DNA of 64,000 nt from Lobosporangium transversale (taxonomy: Eukaryota), in NCBI RefSeq assembly GCF_002105155.1, contig NW_019028989.1, positions 62,001 to 126,000 of the forward strand. Reading direction: 5' to 3'. How positions within the stretch are numbered: position 1 is the first letter of the stretch; each line of letters starts with the position of its first letter. Below the pieces are notes generated by a model. The model had not been told where the DNA came from and made no database searches. It saw only the letters and a program-made list of their open reading frames with translations. The translations under genes were made by a program, and so were the position numbers. Below are positions 1-11,641 of this stretch, one piece after another.

Positions 1-1039
1 CCACCAAAAAATGGCGACCCTCCCGCTCCTCCTCCTCCTCCTCCTCCTTGCTGGAATTCGTTCTGGAATTGATTAGGACCATCCCCAAATTGCTGATCAT
101 CGCCTCCACTAGCTGAGATGCTACCATTCCTCTGAAATGTCGGGCTTCTATCATTGCGTCCTGTATTGTCATGATCGCCCCCGGGACTACCATCCATAGT
201 ATTGCCGCGACCACGCCCTGCGCCTCCAGGACCTCCTCCAACTCCCATTCCTCCTATGGGGCCGTTAGGGCCTCCAGGGCCAACCATAAATCTGACACCG
301 GGACCACCACGTCCTGCACCAGGGACTCCGCCATGTTGGTTCATAGGGTTCATCATAGGCATACCATTCATTCCCATTCCTGGTACAGGCATTCCTCGAC
401 CCATCATGTTAGGGATTCCGCCCATACCCATACCCATCCCTGGCATGGGTGGCATTCCTGGTAGTGGTAGTGGCATCATTCCAGGTGGAAGCCTTGGCAA
501 GCCGGCCATTCCAGCCATACCCATTGCAAGTTCAGGTGCCAATTCCATTAATGCTTTTGGATCCACATCAATCCCCTAAAAAATATATGCATAAAAATTT
601 GACCCGAATGAGGAACAAAAAAAAAAAAAAAAGAAAAAAAGAAAAGAAAAAGACAGTTCGAGAAGTCTGCAAGTGTTTTTCTTCTTACAGCGAATGGATT
701 GTCGCGCATCATTTTTTGCTTTTGACAATAAGCTCTCCAGGTGCCCTCATTAAATCCATAGTTGAAGTAATCTGTTAAGTCAGCGCCAGGTTTCCTCCAC
801 GGCTTGTCTTCAGCACCATCTAAATCCACATCATACAGTTCGACACCGTCAATGGATCCTACAGCATTAATATCCACACCGCCTGGTTTGGTTGCTCCAC
901 CTGATACCGCATCACCAGTTCCATTTGCATTGGTTCCTGTGCTCGCTCCTGATTTTGTTGGCACATTCGTCTTGATATTTACAACAGTTTGTCTAAATAG
1001 ATAATGAGAGTACAAAAAATGAAAAAAATGAAAAAAATG

Positions 1040-1074
<35 letters not shown>

Positions 1075-1671
1075 GAGGAAAGAAAAGAATAAGATTACTA
1101 TATTAAAAGAATTTAGTTTACTTTGATGGCCCTGTAGTTTCTCTCCTGCTCTCCTCACTATCCATGACAATCTCGATATCCTAGAAAAAAAAAAAAAATA
1201 AAATGAAATAAAACACGATCATATAAGAATACAGAAAGTACATGGGGAAGTGGAAAGGAGTTTTGGTAGTATAGATCACGAAAGACGATCGTGCTGGTTA
1301 GTAATTTTTTTTAATTTTTTTATAAAAAAGACTTACTGATTCACTATCTTCTTCAGATTCCTCGTCATCATCCTCTTCTTCAGCATCTTCTTCACCATCT
1401 CCAGCTTCGCTTTGATCCTCATTATTGCTCGTTTCTGTTCCTGTTCCTGTTCCCCCAGCTCCAGCTTTCTTATTTGTCGAACTACTGCCGTCTGTTTTTG
1501 CTGCTTCTTCTTCTGCTGATTGTGTAGCTGAGGTTGTTCCAGACGTGACTCGAACCTCGGTCGAACTAGATGAAGTAAAAAGATTAAGCGCATTCCCAAG
1601 GAAGAAAGGAAAAGGTAAATAAAGGTGATTCCAAGGTTCTGCACGCTCTTCTCATTTTCTTTTCCTTTTGT

Positions 1672-1724
<53 letters not shown>

Positions 1725-2010
1725 GGAAAACATACTTGGATCCCCCGCCTCCTACACCATAAAGGTCGAAAGATTCTGTATCTTGTGCTAATAAGAAGAT
1801 GGCGTTAAAATCGGTAAGAGCGATCATATTAGTTTCATTTGATAAAAAAAAAGATTATGGAGAGCTTTGTTTCCCACCTCTCTCCTTTTCGCCATGGAAA
1901 AAAAACTCATGTGGCTAACCTTCTATTGTTGGAGTAGGTACATTTGTAGGTTCTGATGAGCCGTACAGAAATTCGTCATCGTCCATGTCATCTGGTATGT
2001 TGGAACTCAT
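1..2010 (-). CDS. FIP1: Pre-mRNA polyadenylation factor Fip1 (multi-exon; 3' end runs off the window)
   Basis: Fip1 motif [39 protein letters not shown] (~715-835). Acidic N-terminus [17 protein letters not shown] with ATG at 2010. GT-AG introns and a Gly/Met/Pro-rich C-terminal region. Confidence 0.95.
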
Positions 2011-2341
2011 GGTAGTATGTAAGGTATTTATTTTATTTTTTGAAGCAATCCGTTTATGTGTTCCCGTTAATTTAGCAGAGAAAAATGAGGCTATAACCAA
2101 AAAAAAAAGAGATTGAAAAGGTCTTTTTCTTTTCCTGAATCCAGATCCTGCTATGGTTGATGTCGTTCAAAACTTAAAGTGTCTAAGTTGAACAATATCC
2201 CTTCTCCCTTCTTGTACTGCACTTGACCCAAGGTCGCGAGCATTCATGCGTTTCACATAAGCCACACAGACTTCTGAAGTGGAAGACAATAGTCACATGA
2301 TCAAAACTAAAGCAGCCCAAAATTCTAGCTAGGACATACGA

Positions 2342-2986
2342 TTGGCTGAGATTGTTCGCCGGATATCGAGCACACATCACGCTGAAAATACTGAGTCACT
2401 ACATCAAATGCTCCAGGAAAAAGGTTTCCATGAGATGTGCGTGACCAAGAATACATCGGAAGCTGACAAGCACAATATAGTCAAGAATATCAACAGTCGC
2501 ATGGCTAACCTTGACTACTTTATCAATACTCCTAGTATCTCGGCGGGTATTGATTACAATGTCAGGGATCATGTAAACTATGTTGTAGGATTCTTCAGCA
2601 CTCATAGTAAAGTCAATGTGGAGACATGTAGACAGATAATGCAGTATGTCAGGCATGTCAAGTCCTACACGTACCTGGCTCACGTCGATAGAGCCACAAA
2701 TAATCCACCAACTTCAGTCCTAGGTGTCCGCGATTGGATTATCAACTAGTACAGCATTATGAAATGCGAAAAAAGAGGGTTTTTAGGACTTAAATTACAT
2801 GCCAGCTATGGAGAAGCCCTCACGCTAGTTGAGGATGACTTCTACAATCAACTGTGTATCCGCATACATATCAAGGAGAACTTATCGTTGAATGGCTTTA
2901 TACAACGGTTCATACAGCAGATGGCGGATGCTGTTACGTACCGAGGCTTGGGGGTAATAAGATGTATGAGACAGAAGAGTTGTTGA
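2342..2986 (+). pseudogene. Fragment of a replication origin-binding protein-like SF2 helicase (UL9/OBP-like)
   Basis: YFINTPSISAGIDYN...VGFFSTHS...VETCRQIMQYVR resembles OBP helicase motifs V-VI. TAG at 2747-2749 is followed by an in-frame continuation (ORF 2759-2986). No N-terminal Walker motifs are visible. Confidence 0.6.
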
Positions 2987-3367
2987 AGCTTAAAGTATTA
3001 GACTTGTTGTGGGATCGCAAGCGCATCTGGGATAGTCATTTTTCCTTTCAAGAGACTTCCTCCGGATGAACAGCTTCAACTCCTTTGCGCTACTGTTATA
3101 GCATTATCTGCTACTTGGCCCGCGGGAGCAGTGCTGCTGGCTCCAACGGAACAGATGTGTCTGTTTAAGGACGTCAAAAGCCACTGTTTTATCTTCATTC
3201 ACCAGAAAGAACATCCTTCGGCTCGCCACCAGCCTAAATTCCGTCCTCAGGCTGGTGACGGTTCTAAAATTTATATCGTCCCTGGATTTAGGAAATAAAA
3301 AAAGAGGCGGCGTATGCGATTTAAAAAAAATGTTGGCTCACGTAAAATATCGAGTTTGGTCTCAGGC

Positions 3368-3403
<36 letters not shown>

Positions 3404-3502
3404 TTCAAGTATATATTTATTTTATGTATTTATTATGAGAAAAAAGGAGGAAATGAAATGAAAAGAAATAATAAAGAGAATGCTATTATAACTATGTAGC
3501 TG

Positions 3503-5136
3503 TTAATCGTTCGAAGTATCTGCACCAACACCTATTGCTGCAACGCTACTTATATTTCCGTCACCGTTATCATTATCCTTGCGCTGGGGCTGAGCAGACT
3601 TTTGATGCTTGACCCTTGCCTTTTCCTTCTCCTCTTCCTCTTTGGTGTAACGAGGGTTTTCAGACTGCATTAACGAATGAACTTCATCTAGAGATAAAAG
3701 GGACAGATCTCTAGCAGAGAGATGCGACTGGACCAATGGGTAATTGTTCTCCGAGAAAATCCACTCTGCAGGCACAGGGGCCCTCGCTGCCACCATTGAA
3801 TCAACCTCGGCTTGGATCACCTTGCAGAAATCATCCAGTGGCAAATCATTGTAATCATCATTAAACGGATTTTCGATCTCATAACCTATACCCAGAATAC
3901 CAAGCAAAGTAAAAGCAGCCAACATCGTGGCTGGAATCATGACAGCACCCATGTTAGATACGAGTTGGAAAGGAAGAGCGAGGAGATAGATCCAAGTGGC
4001 ATGATGCAGGTGAATTGAATAAGCCAAAGGGATGGGTGTACGGAGAATGCGTTCAAATCCTGTTAGGCAGTCCATCATTGAGACAAGAGCATTGTTCATC
4101 ACGGTCACGGAGGAAGCGTCAATCTTGCCTTTGTTACTGCAGCTCTTAATATAACTTCCAATGTAGTATGACAATTCCACAGGAATATTGGTGGGTGTCA
4201 AGAGGTCGAAGGCGAGCGCTTGCTTAGATCTGACTTCTCGACGAGCAAACATTCTACTGATGAATCCTGATGGTTTTTGTTGCTGTTGTTGTCGTACTTG
4301 TACCTGTGTAGGGGAAAGATTCTGCAAATCTTCTGTAGGGATATCGATGCGCCACTCCATAGGTTGAGTGGAGGTAGGGATTGAGTATTTAGGAATATGA
4401 GAGAGAAGCTTGATCATGTCATCATAATTGTAGCCGTATTCATCACGCAGGTAATGCTTTGTTGCAAATGCAAAAGCTACAAGGAGGTTAATGGCTGATT
4501 TCTTTTCAAGCAAGTCGCGGGTTTCGGTTTCTTGTACGCAGACCCAAATAGTACGAGTCAAATTACGGATACAGAGCGTCATTTGAGACCAAAGACGACG
4601 ACCTTCCCAGTAACGATCGTAGGCTAATTTGGAAAAGGGAAAATAAAAGTAAAATGAAATAAAATTATTGGCATGAGAATGCCCTATTAATGCATGTGAT
4701 GGTGGCACAAGCATGCTCTAACCGTCTTTTTATTTCGTATGAAGCCACACGAATCACGAATCAATGTCAATTGAGAGTGTTTTTACTTACCAGTGTTGGT
4801 TCTGAAGACCAGTAAGAGGGAGACAACCATGCCCATCACTGAAACGAGACTCTAGATTGTGGGGAAGGAGTTCATTTAGGCGCGAAGCATAGTTTCAGTA
4901 TATCAATTAGTCAAAAAAACAATATTTACCCTTAAGCAGCGATCAAATTCACAATGACTTACAAGTGAGTATGGCATTTTCCAGCTGCTAAACCTGAAGA
5001 TGAGATAGACAATAGCTGAGAAGAGGCCGATGAGGAGGAGCTGCCGCCAGATGGCAAGGATGACAGTGCCCTTGAGTCGCAACATCAAAGGCCGCCTACT
5101 ACTCACATGGACGGTAGTACCATACTTGCGAGGCAT
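3503..5136 (-). CDS. Bestrophin-like / RFP-TM (UPF0187) anion channel, multi-exon
   Basis: SLLLVFRTNT exon (~4790-4850), AYDRYWEGRRLW, ERILRTPIPLAY and EIENPF..D.NDLPLD. ATG at 5136 (MPRKYG). Confidence 0.92.
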
Positions 5137-6960
5137 ATTGGCAATATTTTTAAGAATGAGATGTAAGTGTAAGTGGGTAAAATACAGAGAATGAGACACA
5201 GAAAAAAAGATGAAAAGTAAATAAGAAGGAAATAGAGCAAAGTAAAGGTAAAAAGACAAATAGAAAGGGTGAAGAAAGAGGGAGCAAATAAAGAGAAGAA
5301 GAGAGGGATACGCGAGAAAAAAGTAGTAAAGTAAAAGTAAAGATGGGAGGACAAGTAGAAATAAAGAAGAAAAGAGAGTAGAAGAGAGTGGAGAAAATGA
5401 CGTTGGCAAATGGTGAGAGGACGATGTGAAGCGCGGTTTGTCCGTTAGCGATGGAGTGGTTTTTAATTTGAAGGCAGCGAATCGCATTGCGCCCAGAATT
5501 AAGCTTGAACAAATCGTATTGAAGCCGTTAAAGAAGAGATGAACAGATTGCTGCCTTTCTTCCTTTCGCCCTGTGTATCACCGATTTTAGCTGCATATCA
5601 ACATGGGAAATACAATGTTGAGTCTCCGCACTGCCCAAGGGATGCGATAGGCAATGATTTACCTTCTAACCGTTTATAGGTTGTGTGCGCGGGAGTTTAT
5701 TCTACACATAAACATGAACTACTATTTGTCATTGTAGTTGTTGTTTTTGCCACCCTTGTTTCTCGTTCCTGTCTGTTCAATTGCTATGACCGAAGACATT
5801 GAGCCCTCCAAGATAAACAAAGTGGTTTAGACTGTAGGCGTATACGAAATCGACATGTTCATCATAAGGCATGAATGGTCTCTCGCAGTTAAACATTACA
5901 CAAAGTGTTGCTTGAGGACTAAAAATGATCCATGGATATCGATGCCCTCTTACCCAGCATCGCCTCTTTTGTCTCTTGCTCTCATCCCCATTCTCACTCT
6001 CAATGTTTAAGTTTCGTTCCTTTCGTTACTCCGGAAAAGTTGAAAGAACACATATGCTTTTTTTTTTTCCCTTTACAGAACCATCAGCCCACCTATTATT
6101 CGCCCATATAAACATCGTCGCAAAAAAAACCTGGGACCTTGACCAATGTGGTCCCAGCCCAATCAGGCGAGGAAAGAAGGTACGGATACTTGAACAAAGA
6201 CAGGAAAGAAGGATGCTTTTCTTTATTCGACCAAAGAGGGAATGAATGAAAACGGAAAAACTCAGCTGTAGAGACTTTACGAAATTTGAAGAGATCGTTG
6301 TCGAGTCTTTTTGGCCGAATTGAAAAACTGCGTTGCCGCAGTTTATAAATTGTTATCCTTGACTGCAAAATAAAAGAAAAATGGAGCCATTCCATTCACA
6401 AAGCCAATCGACAGGTCAGAGGATCTAATATAATGTGTGCTATGGCCGTGATTTGATGCTTTCGGACTAGCACACAAGCAATAGTTTTTTTTTTTTTTTT
6501 TATTTTTTTTTTTTTTTAAATAAATAATAACCGAAGCGCTCTTTATTAAAAAAAAAAAAAAAAAAAAAGTCAATGATAGGAAGCTAAATAGCTCAGCAGG
6601 TGACAATGCGTTCTCTTGCAATGCACTAAGCAATCCTTTTTACCGGCCAGGATCCCATTGTAGACGTCCAACTCGAGGATATCTCTCGCGCTTTTCATTG
6701 AGCTTTAAGGCAGCAAGCGTGACACGACCTTGACAAATTGTCAAAAACGTTGTCATCTTCAATAAGGATTGAATCTTAATTTGAATCTGAATCTGGTTCT
6801 GATGTTGATAATGATATTGAAGTTGGAACCAAAATCCGGATCGATTTTGATGTATGGAGCGATTGGCGGCGGCTGTGAGGGCTATTGAGTGCTTTCCAAA
6901 AGACATAGCAACAGAAACAAAAAGAGCTACGATAATAAAGGCAATGGCAATTTTGGTACT

Positions 6961-7607
6961 TCAATAAGACATGACGCTCTTAGGTCCCGCATATCGCTCA
7001 GATGTCTGCATTGCTGAAGCAACTGTCTTGAATCTGCCTCGAATCCTGTCTAGAAGAGCAATGATGTCGTCATCCAGCGTGTTTTGGCGTGGAAATGAGT
7101 TGATCAGATCAAGCAGTGAGCCGATTTTCTTCAATGTTCTTGAAAAAAGAAAAATAAGAAATAGATATAATTAGAGCTTTTAAAACTAATAAAATGAAAT
7201 GAATAAATAAAAAACAACAACGATGAACTTACTTCTCCGAGATGCGTTCAGGATCTAGCAGAGCGAGACTTTTCCACACTTTAGCACATCCAGCATAGTA
7301 GCCGATCTCACGAGAAAATTCAAAACCCTTTTCGCAACCCATGACTCTTCCTTCAATAACTCCGTTTCGCACTCCTGCAATTAGCCCGTCCTCGCGACCA
7401 TACTCCACAAACCTATGGAATTTAAAAGAAGTTCGGAGTATGAGTTAAGAGAGGTAGCAATAAATTGTAAATAAAGGATTTAAACTGATCAGATGTATTT
7501 TAGCATCTTATTCCACTGTATTCTCCATATTCATCGACCTACATATTCTCAAGATGAACTAAGTTGTCAAGATCCAACTCCTTGGGTAATTGTTGTTCAG
7601 CATCCAT
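6961..7607 (-). CDS. LTO1: LTO1/ORAOV1 family protein (Yae1_N GX3 repeat), 3 exons
   Basis: Manual splice gives MDAEQQLPKELDLDNLVHLENM / FVEYGREDGLIAGVRNGVIEGRVMGCEKGFEFSREIGYYAG / ...LINSFP...RIRGRFK...SY*. Not present in the ORF track. Confidence 0.85.
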
Positions 7608-7787
7608 TATGTTTTTTTTTTTTTTTTTTTTTTTTTTTAGTAAACGTGCTTATGCAATTCAGAAATGAAAGAAGGAATACAGAGTTGCTGTGTTGTTTGT
7701 AAACTGAAAGCAGTCATGAATGTCAAAAAGATGAATGCTTACTCTTTTTTTCTCCTTCCATCGCCCCTTCACTGGGATGAAAGATCA

Positions 7788-10700
7788 ATGGTCGCGTCTC
7801 CGCCCGAGTCTGACTCGCACGAGAATATCGCTACTATTTCATGGGAAGCCTTTGAACCAAATAGAACCGAGTTTTCAATAACTGCTACGCCAGTAGATAC
7901 AGAGAACAGCAGCTCTTCAACACACATACACAAAGACACAAGCATTGGGACGGGAACAGGAACAAATTTCCATGGTTATCTCTATACGCTCGATATCTCA
8001 CGCATCCAGCGGCTCTTACGACCTATAAAAGCAAAGCTAGCTGCTCTTCACCTCGAAATTAAAAGCTCACCTTCCTTAGGATTGACACCTCCTTTAACAC
8101 CAAGTAATGTTACCGACTCGACAATAGAATCGAGTTCCACTTATGAAAGCGATTATGACGGCAATTATAGTATTGACGACAATAGCAATAATTATCAATC
8201 TTTCCCTCAAAATCATCAAAAAAACCCCCGTCACCCTATGTCCTTCACTCGATCGTCACGCAATTACTATCTTCAACAAAAGCAACGACAGCAACAACAA
8301 CAACAGGATCGATGCCATCGTTATGTATCATCATCGCCATCCTCACCACCCTTCTTAAGACTCATATTGTTGGGGGATGAAACGAATCCAAAGGGCTCAA
8401 AAAGCGATTTACAAGCTAAGATCAATGGACTTGTCAAACGCTTTCAATCATCTTTTCAAAACCAATTTAAGGATGTAGTCGAAAAAGTATGGTGGCAACC
8501 ATTCTGTGAAAACCATAACCTCCCATTTACGTCGAATGAAAATGTGTTTTCTGAAGTGGGTTATACACCTTGCAGTACCCTGACACTGGGAGCCATCAGT
8601 GCATTTTCAATTGGAAGAATTGTAGCCCGAATCCCTGACAGCAATTCAATTCTAGTGGAGAGATATTACAGCGTCATGCCTGCTTATATGCGCAGGTAAG
8701 GGGGGAGGGTTTGTCTCAAATACTTATCAGGCTTCGAAATGTTTATTCAGCAATACTACTACTAATAAAACTTGTTTCAACCAAAAGTCGCCAGTATAAA
8801 TCATTAATTTTCTTCTTATCTTTTGATGATATAGATTTGCATTGCTTGAGCATCTTGTTGAGTTATGCATCACTCAGATACCGATTGGAAATTTGATTTT
8901 GCCACTTGTCAATATCTGCGTCAGATATAGGGCAGATTACCAGGTATTGTTCACAGATGTTATGTACTTATTTCATCAACCAGTCGTGTCCATTATTTCC
9001 ATTTATTATTAAACATATACTCCTTTTTTTTTTTTTTTTTTTTTTCAGGTGTTGCGGTTACTTGAGTGCTTAGTAGCTATCCAAGACAGAACATTTCATC
9101 TGGATTTGTACTGGGCATACAAGGTTACATGCAGTATCGATTGTGGAGAGAGCTGGATCAACATTCTATCGGGTATGGTAACGACGGCAATAGCAGTGGC
9201 GGGCACCGCGAATAGTGGCGTCAACGTGAAAGCTAAAGCCGAAACTAGATCCAAAACCAAAGCCACAGAAGCTAAAGCCAACAACAACACCAACAATCTT
9301 CCTTTTTTTATAACAGATCGTTTTCAAAGCTTTCTCGATCAGATTTTGCCACATCATCGTGCGATCCTTATCCAAACATTGTTTAATGGGCTTATGGATC
9401 AAGCGCCGTCATCAGCACAATCATCATCACTACAAAACCATCATATTGTGCGTATCATCACCGACAGGATGAACAGATTATGGGCTCCTTCATTAATTGA
9501 AAATTCATTACAGCTCTTAGAAAATGTCACAGCAGGTGGCTCAGCAATGGTAACAACGGCAATGGCGATGACAAAACAACAGAGTGTAATATTGGAAAAG
9601 TACCGCGAGGTGATTGAAAATGTTGCAAAGCCTCTAATAATGAGAACCACTGAGGAGAAGGACCAGGTTGATGATAATGACTGTATAAGGAAGCAATGTA
9701 GAGGTGCAGGACTTGCTTTAGCTCTTCATTCATTATACCTTGCAGTTGTGGTGCCTTTACCATCATCATCAGCTGCCAATCATAGTAAATGGAAAAACGA
9801 TGAGGGCAAAAAAGAACAAGAGTGGGTTGATTTGTTGATGGGAAGCCAATTTTGCTATTCCAGTGAACACCATATTCAATCGGAAGACTTTGATGTGGTG
9901 ATCCAATCCTACAGAAGTCCCTTGAACCTTAATGGATTGGCAGTTGTCTTGGATGCGGCCGGATTACATATGTTTGCCATAAAGTTGATTGAACGAATCT
10001 TAAACAGCTATCCCAGCTTGCGCGGATATTCACGAGATGGCTTTTCTGAATATGAATCCAATGTAACGAGTACAGATCTGAAGTTATTTTTGCAAGAAGT
10101 GAAAGGAAGACAGGCTCGAAAAGAATTCGAAGATTTGTGGTAAGATGGGGCTACTGCCCTTCACTTTTTTATTATTATCATTACTACAATCCTCCCTCAT
10201 TAAGTTTTTTAAAACCTTCATCTCTAGGCAATACGACGAATTACTTGGTGACTGGGTTGAGCGTGTTGATCGTGTTAAGCGTGTTGATCGTGATAGCTCT
10301 GTCAATGACGATGACGAATCAAGGACTCTCAGCTTTGGAAGTACGAGTGACAGTGATGATAGTAGCAGCAGACCAAGGGTTACAGGAGCAGAAGTAAAAG
10401 CGGCGAAATCAAATACAAAAGCAAACTTGAAATCAAAGGTTGAAACGCAACTCCGGCATCAGCCCTACACCTCACGCCAGCCGTTATCGCCCTTAAAAGG
10501 AAAGAAGTCCTATCAGAGCCATCGACCACAAAGAAAAAAACATTTCATCATCTCTTCAGAAACAGAGCCAGAGCCAGAATCAAGACCAGAACAAGATTAC
10601 TGCGCTAAAAGCAATGGTGAAGGTAGCAATGATAGCGATGACGAAAGCGAGTGTTACGTCAATCATGACTACGATATCAGGGATGATGATAGTAATGATA

Positions 10701-11338
10701 TTGACTACCGTAGCAGCCAGGATTGGCATAGCTCATCATCATCATCATCAGACATCAATAAAGCACAGTTTGTGCGATCAACCAAATCCCTATTCAACTC
10801 TCGTTCTCGCTTTCAAACTCGTTCCCGTTTATCATCGTTATCAAGACTAGGGCATAGACCAGGGCATAGACCAGGGCATAGACCAGGGCATAGACCAGGG
10901 CATAGACCAGGGCATAGATCAGGGTATAGGCTAGAGTCAGAGTTTGGGTCAGGGCCAGAGTCAGAGTCAGAGTCAGAGTCAGAGTCAGAGTCAGAGTCAG
11001 AGTCAGAGTCAGAGTCAGGATCAAACTTTAAGTCAAGCTCAAGCTTGGATTCGCAGCATAGTTGCCCCAATATTTCAAAGAAACGTTCACAGATACGATC
11101 TATAAAATTTGAGACAGCATGCAAGAGGCGAAGAACTGTAGACGACGGTGATGACGATACGAATGAGCTTACTGTCGCCAGTACCATGAGTACTATCATT
11201 TATGATAGTGTGCTTGAGGCCTCCGAATTTGAGGAGGAGGATGGAGAAGTGGAAGGGGAGGACGACTGGATTCAGACTCAAGAAGAAACCGATGAAGAAC
11301 CTAGTGTGAAGGACAGCTCTCATTACGAGGAGAATTGA
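7788..11338 (+). CDS. Hypothetical protein, multi-exon, with an acidic/Ser-rich C-terminus
   Basis: Long same-strand ORFs 7665-8699, 9049-10143 and 10145-11338, plus a small exon near 8833-8943, joined by GT-AG introns. No family recognised. Confidence 0.75.
10849..11017 (+). repeat. Coding tandem repeats: 12-bp AGGGCATAGACC (GHRP) followed by 6-bp GAGTCA (ES)
   Basis: Directly visible tandem units. Confidence 0.95.
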
Positions 11339-11641
11339 GCTAGGAAAGGCGAAGATGAAGATGAAGATGAAGAGGGAGAGGGAGAGGAAGAAGAGCTGGA
11401 AGGCATTAAGACGAATAGAAAGAGGGGCTCGTTTCATGTGAACTCACCCCACTCCATGACAAGGACAAAACCAAACGAGCTTGCTTTCTGGATTTGAGCA
11501 TCTTTCATTGTGAATGACAATCAAGAAGATTAATTGCATTTTTTTTAATGCAGATTTACTTCGCTACTTTTTATCATATTGTACTCATTACTAATATATT
11601 AAGTTGTATTTGTATTACAAAATAAAAATAAAAAAAACATC

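Noticed and set aside
171..579. Plus-strand Pro/His-rich ORFs
   Set aside because: Antisense shadows of the Gly/Met-rich FIP1 exon. The same applies to many short ORFs opposite the BRO1 and Whi5-like genes.
10849..10930. 12-bp direct repeats as a CRISPR-like array
   Set aside because: No spacers; it is an in-frame coding repeat in a eukaryotic gene.
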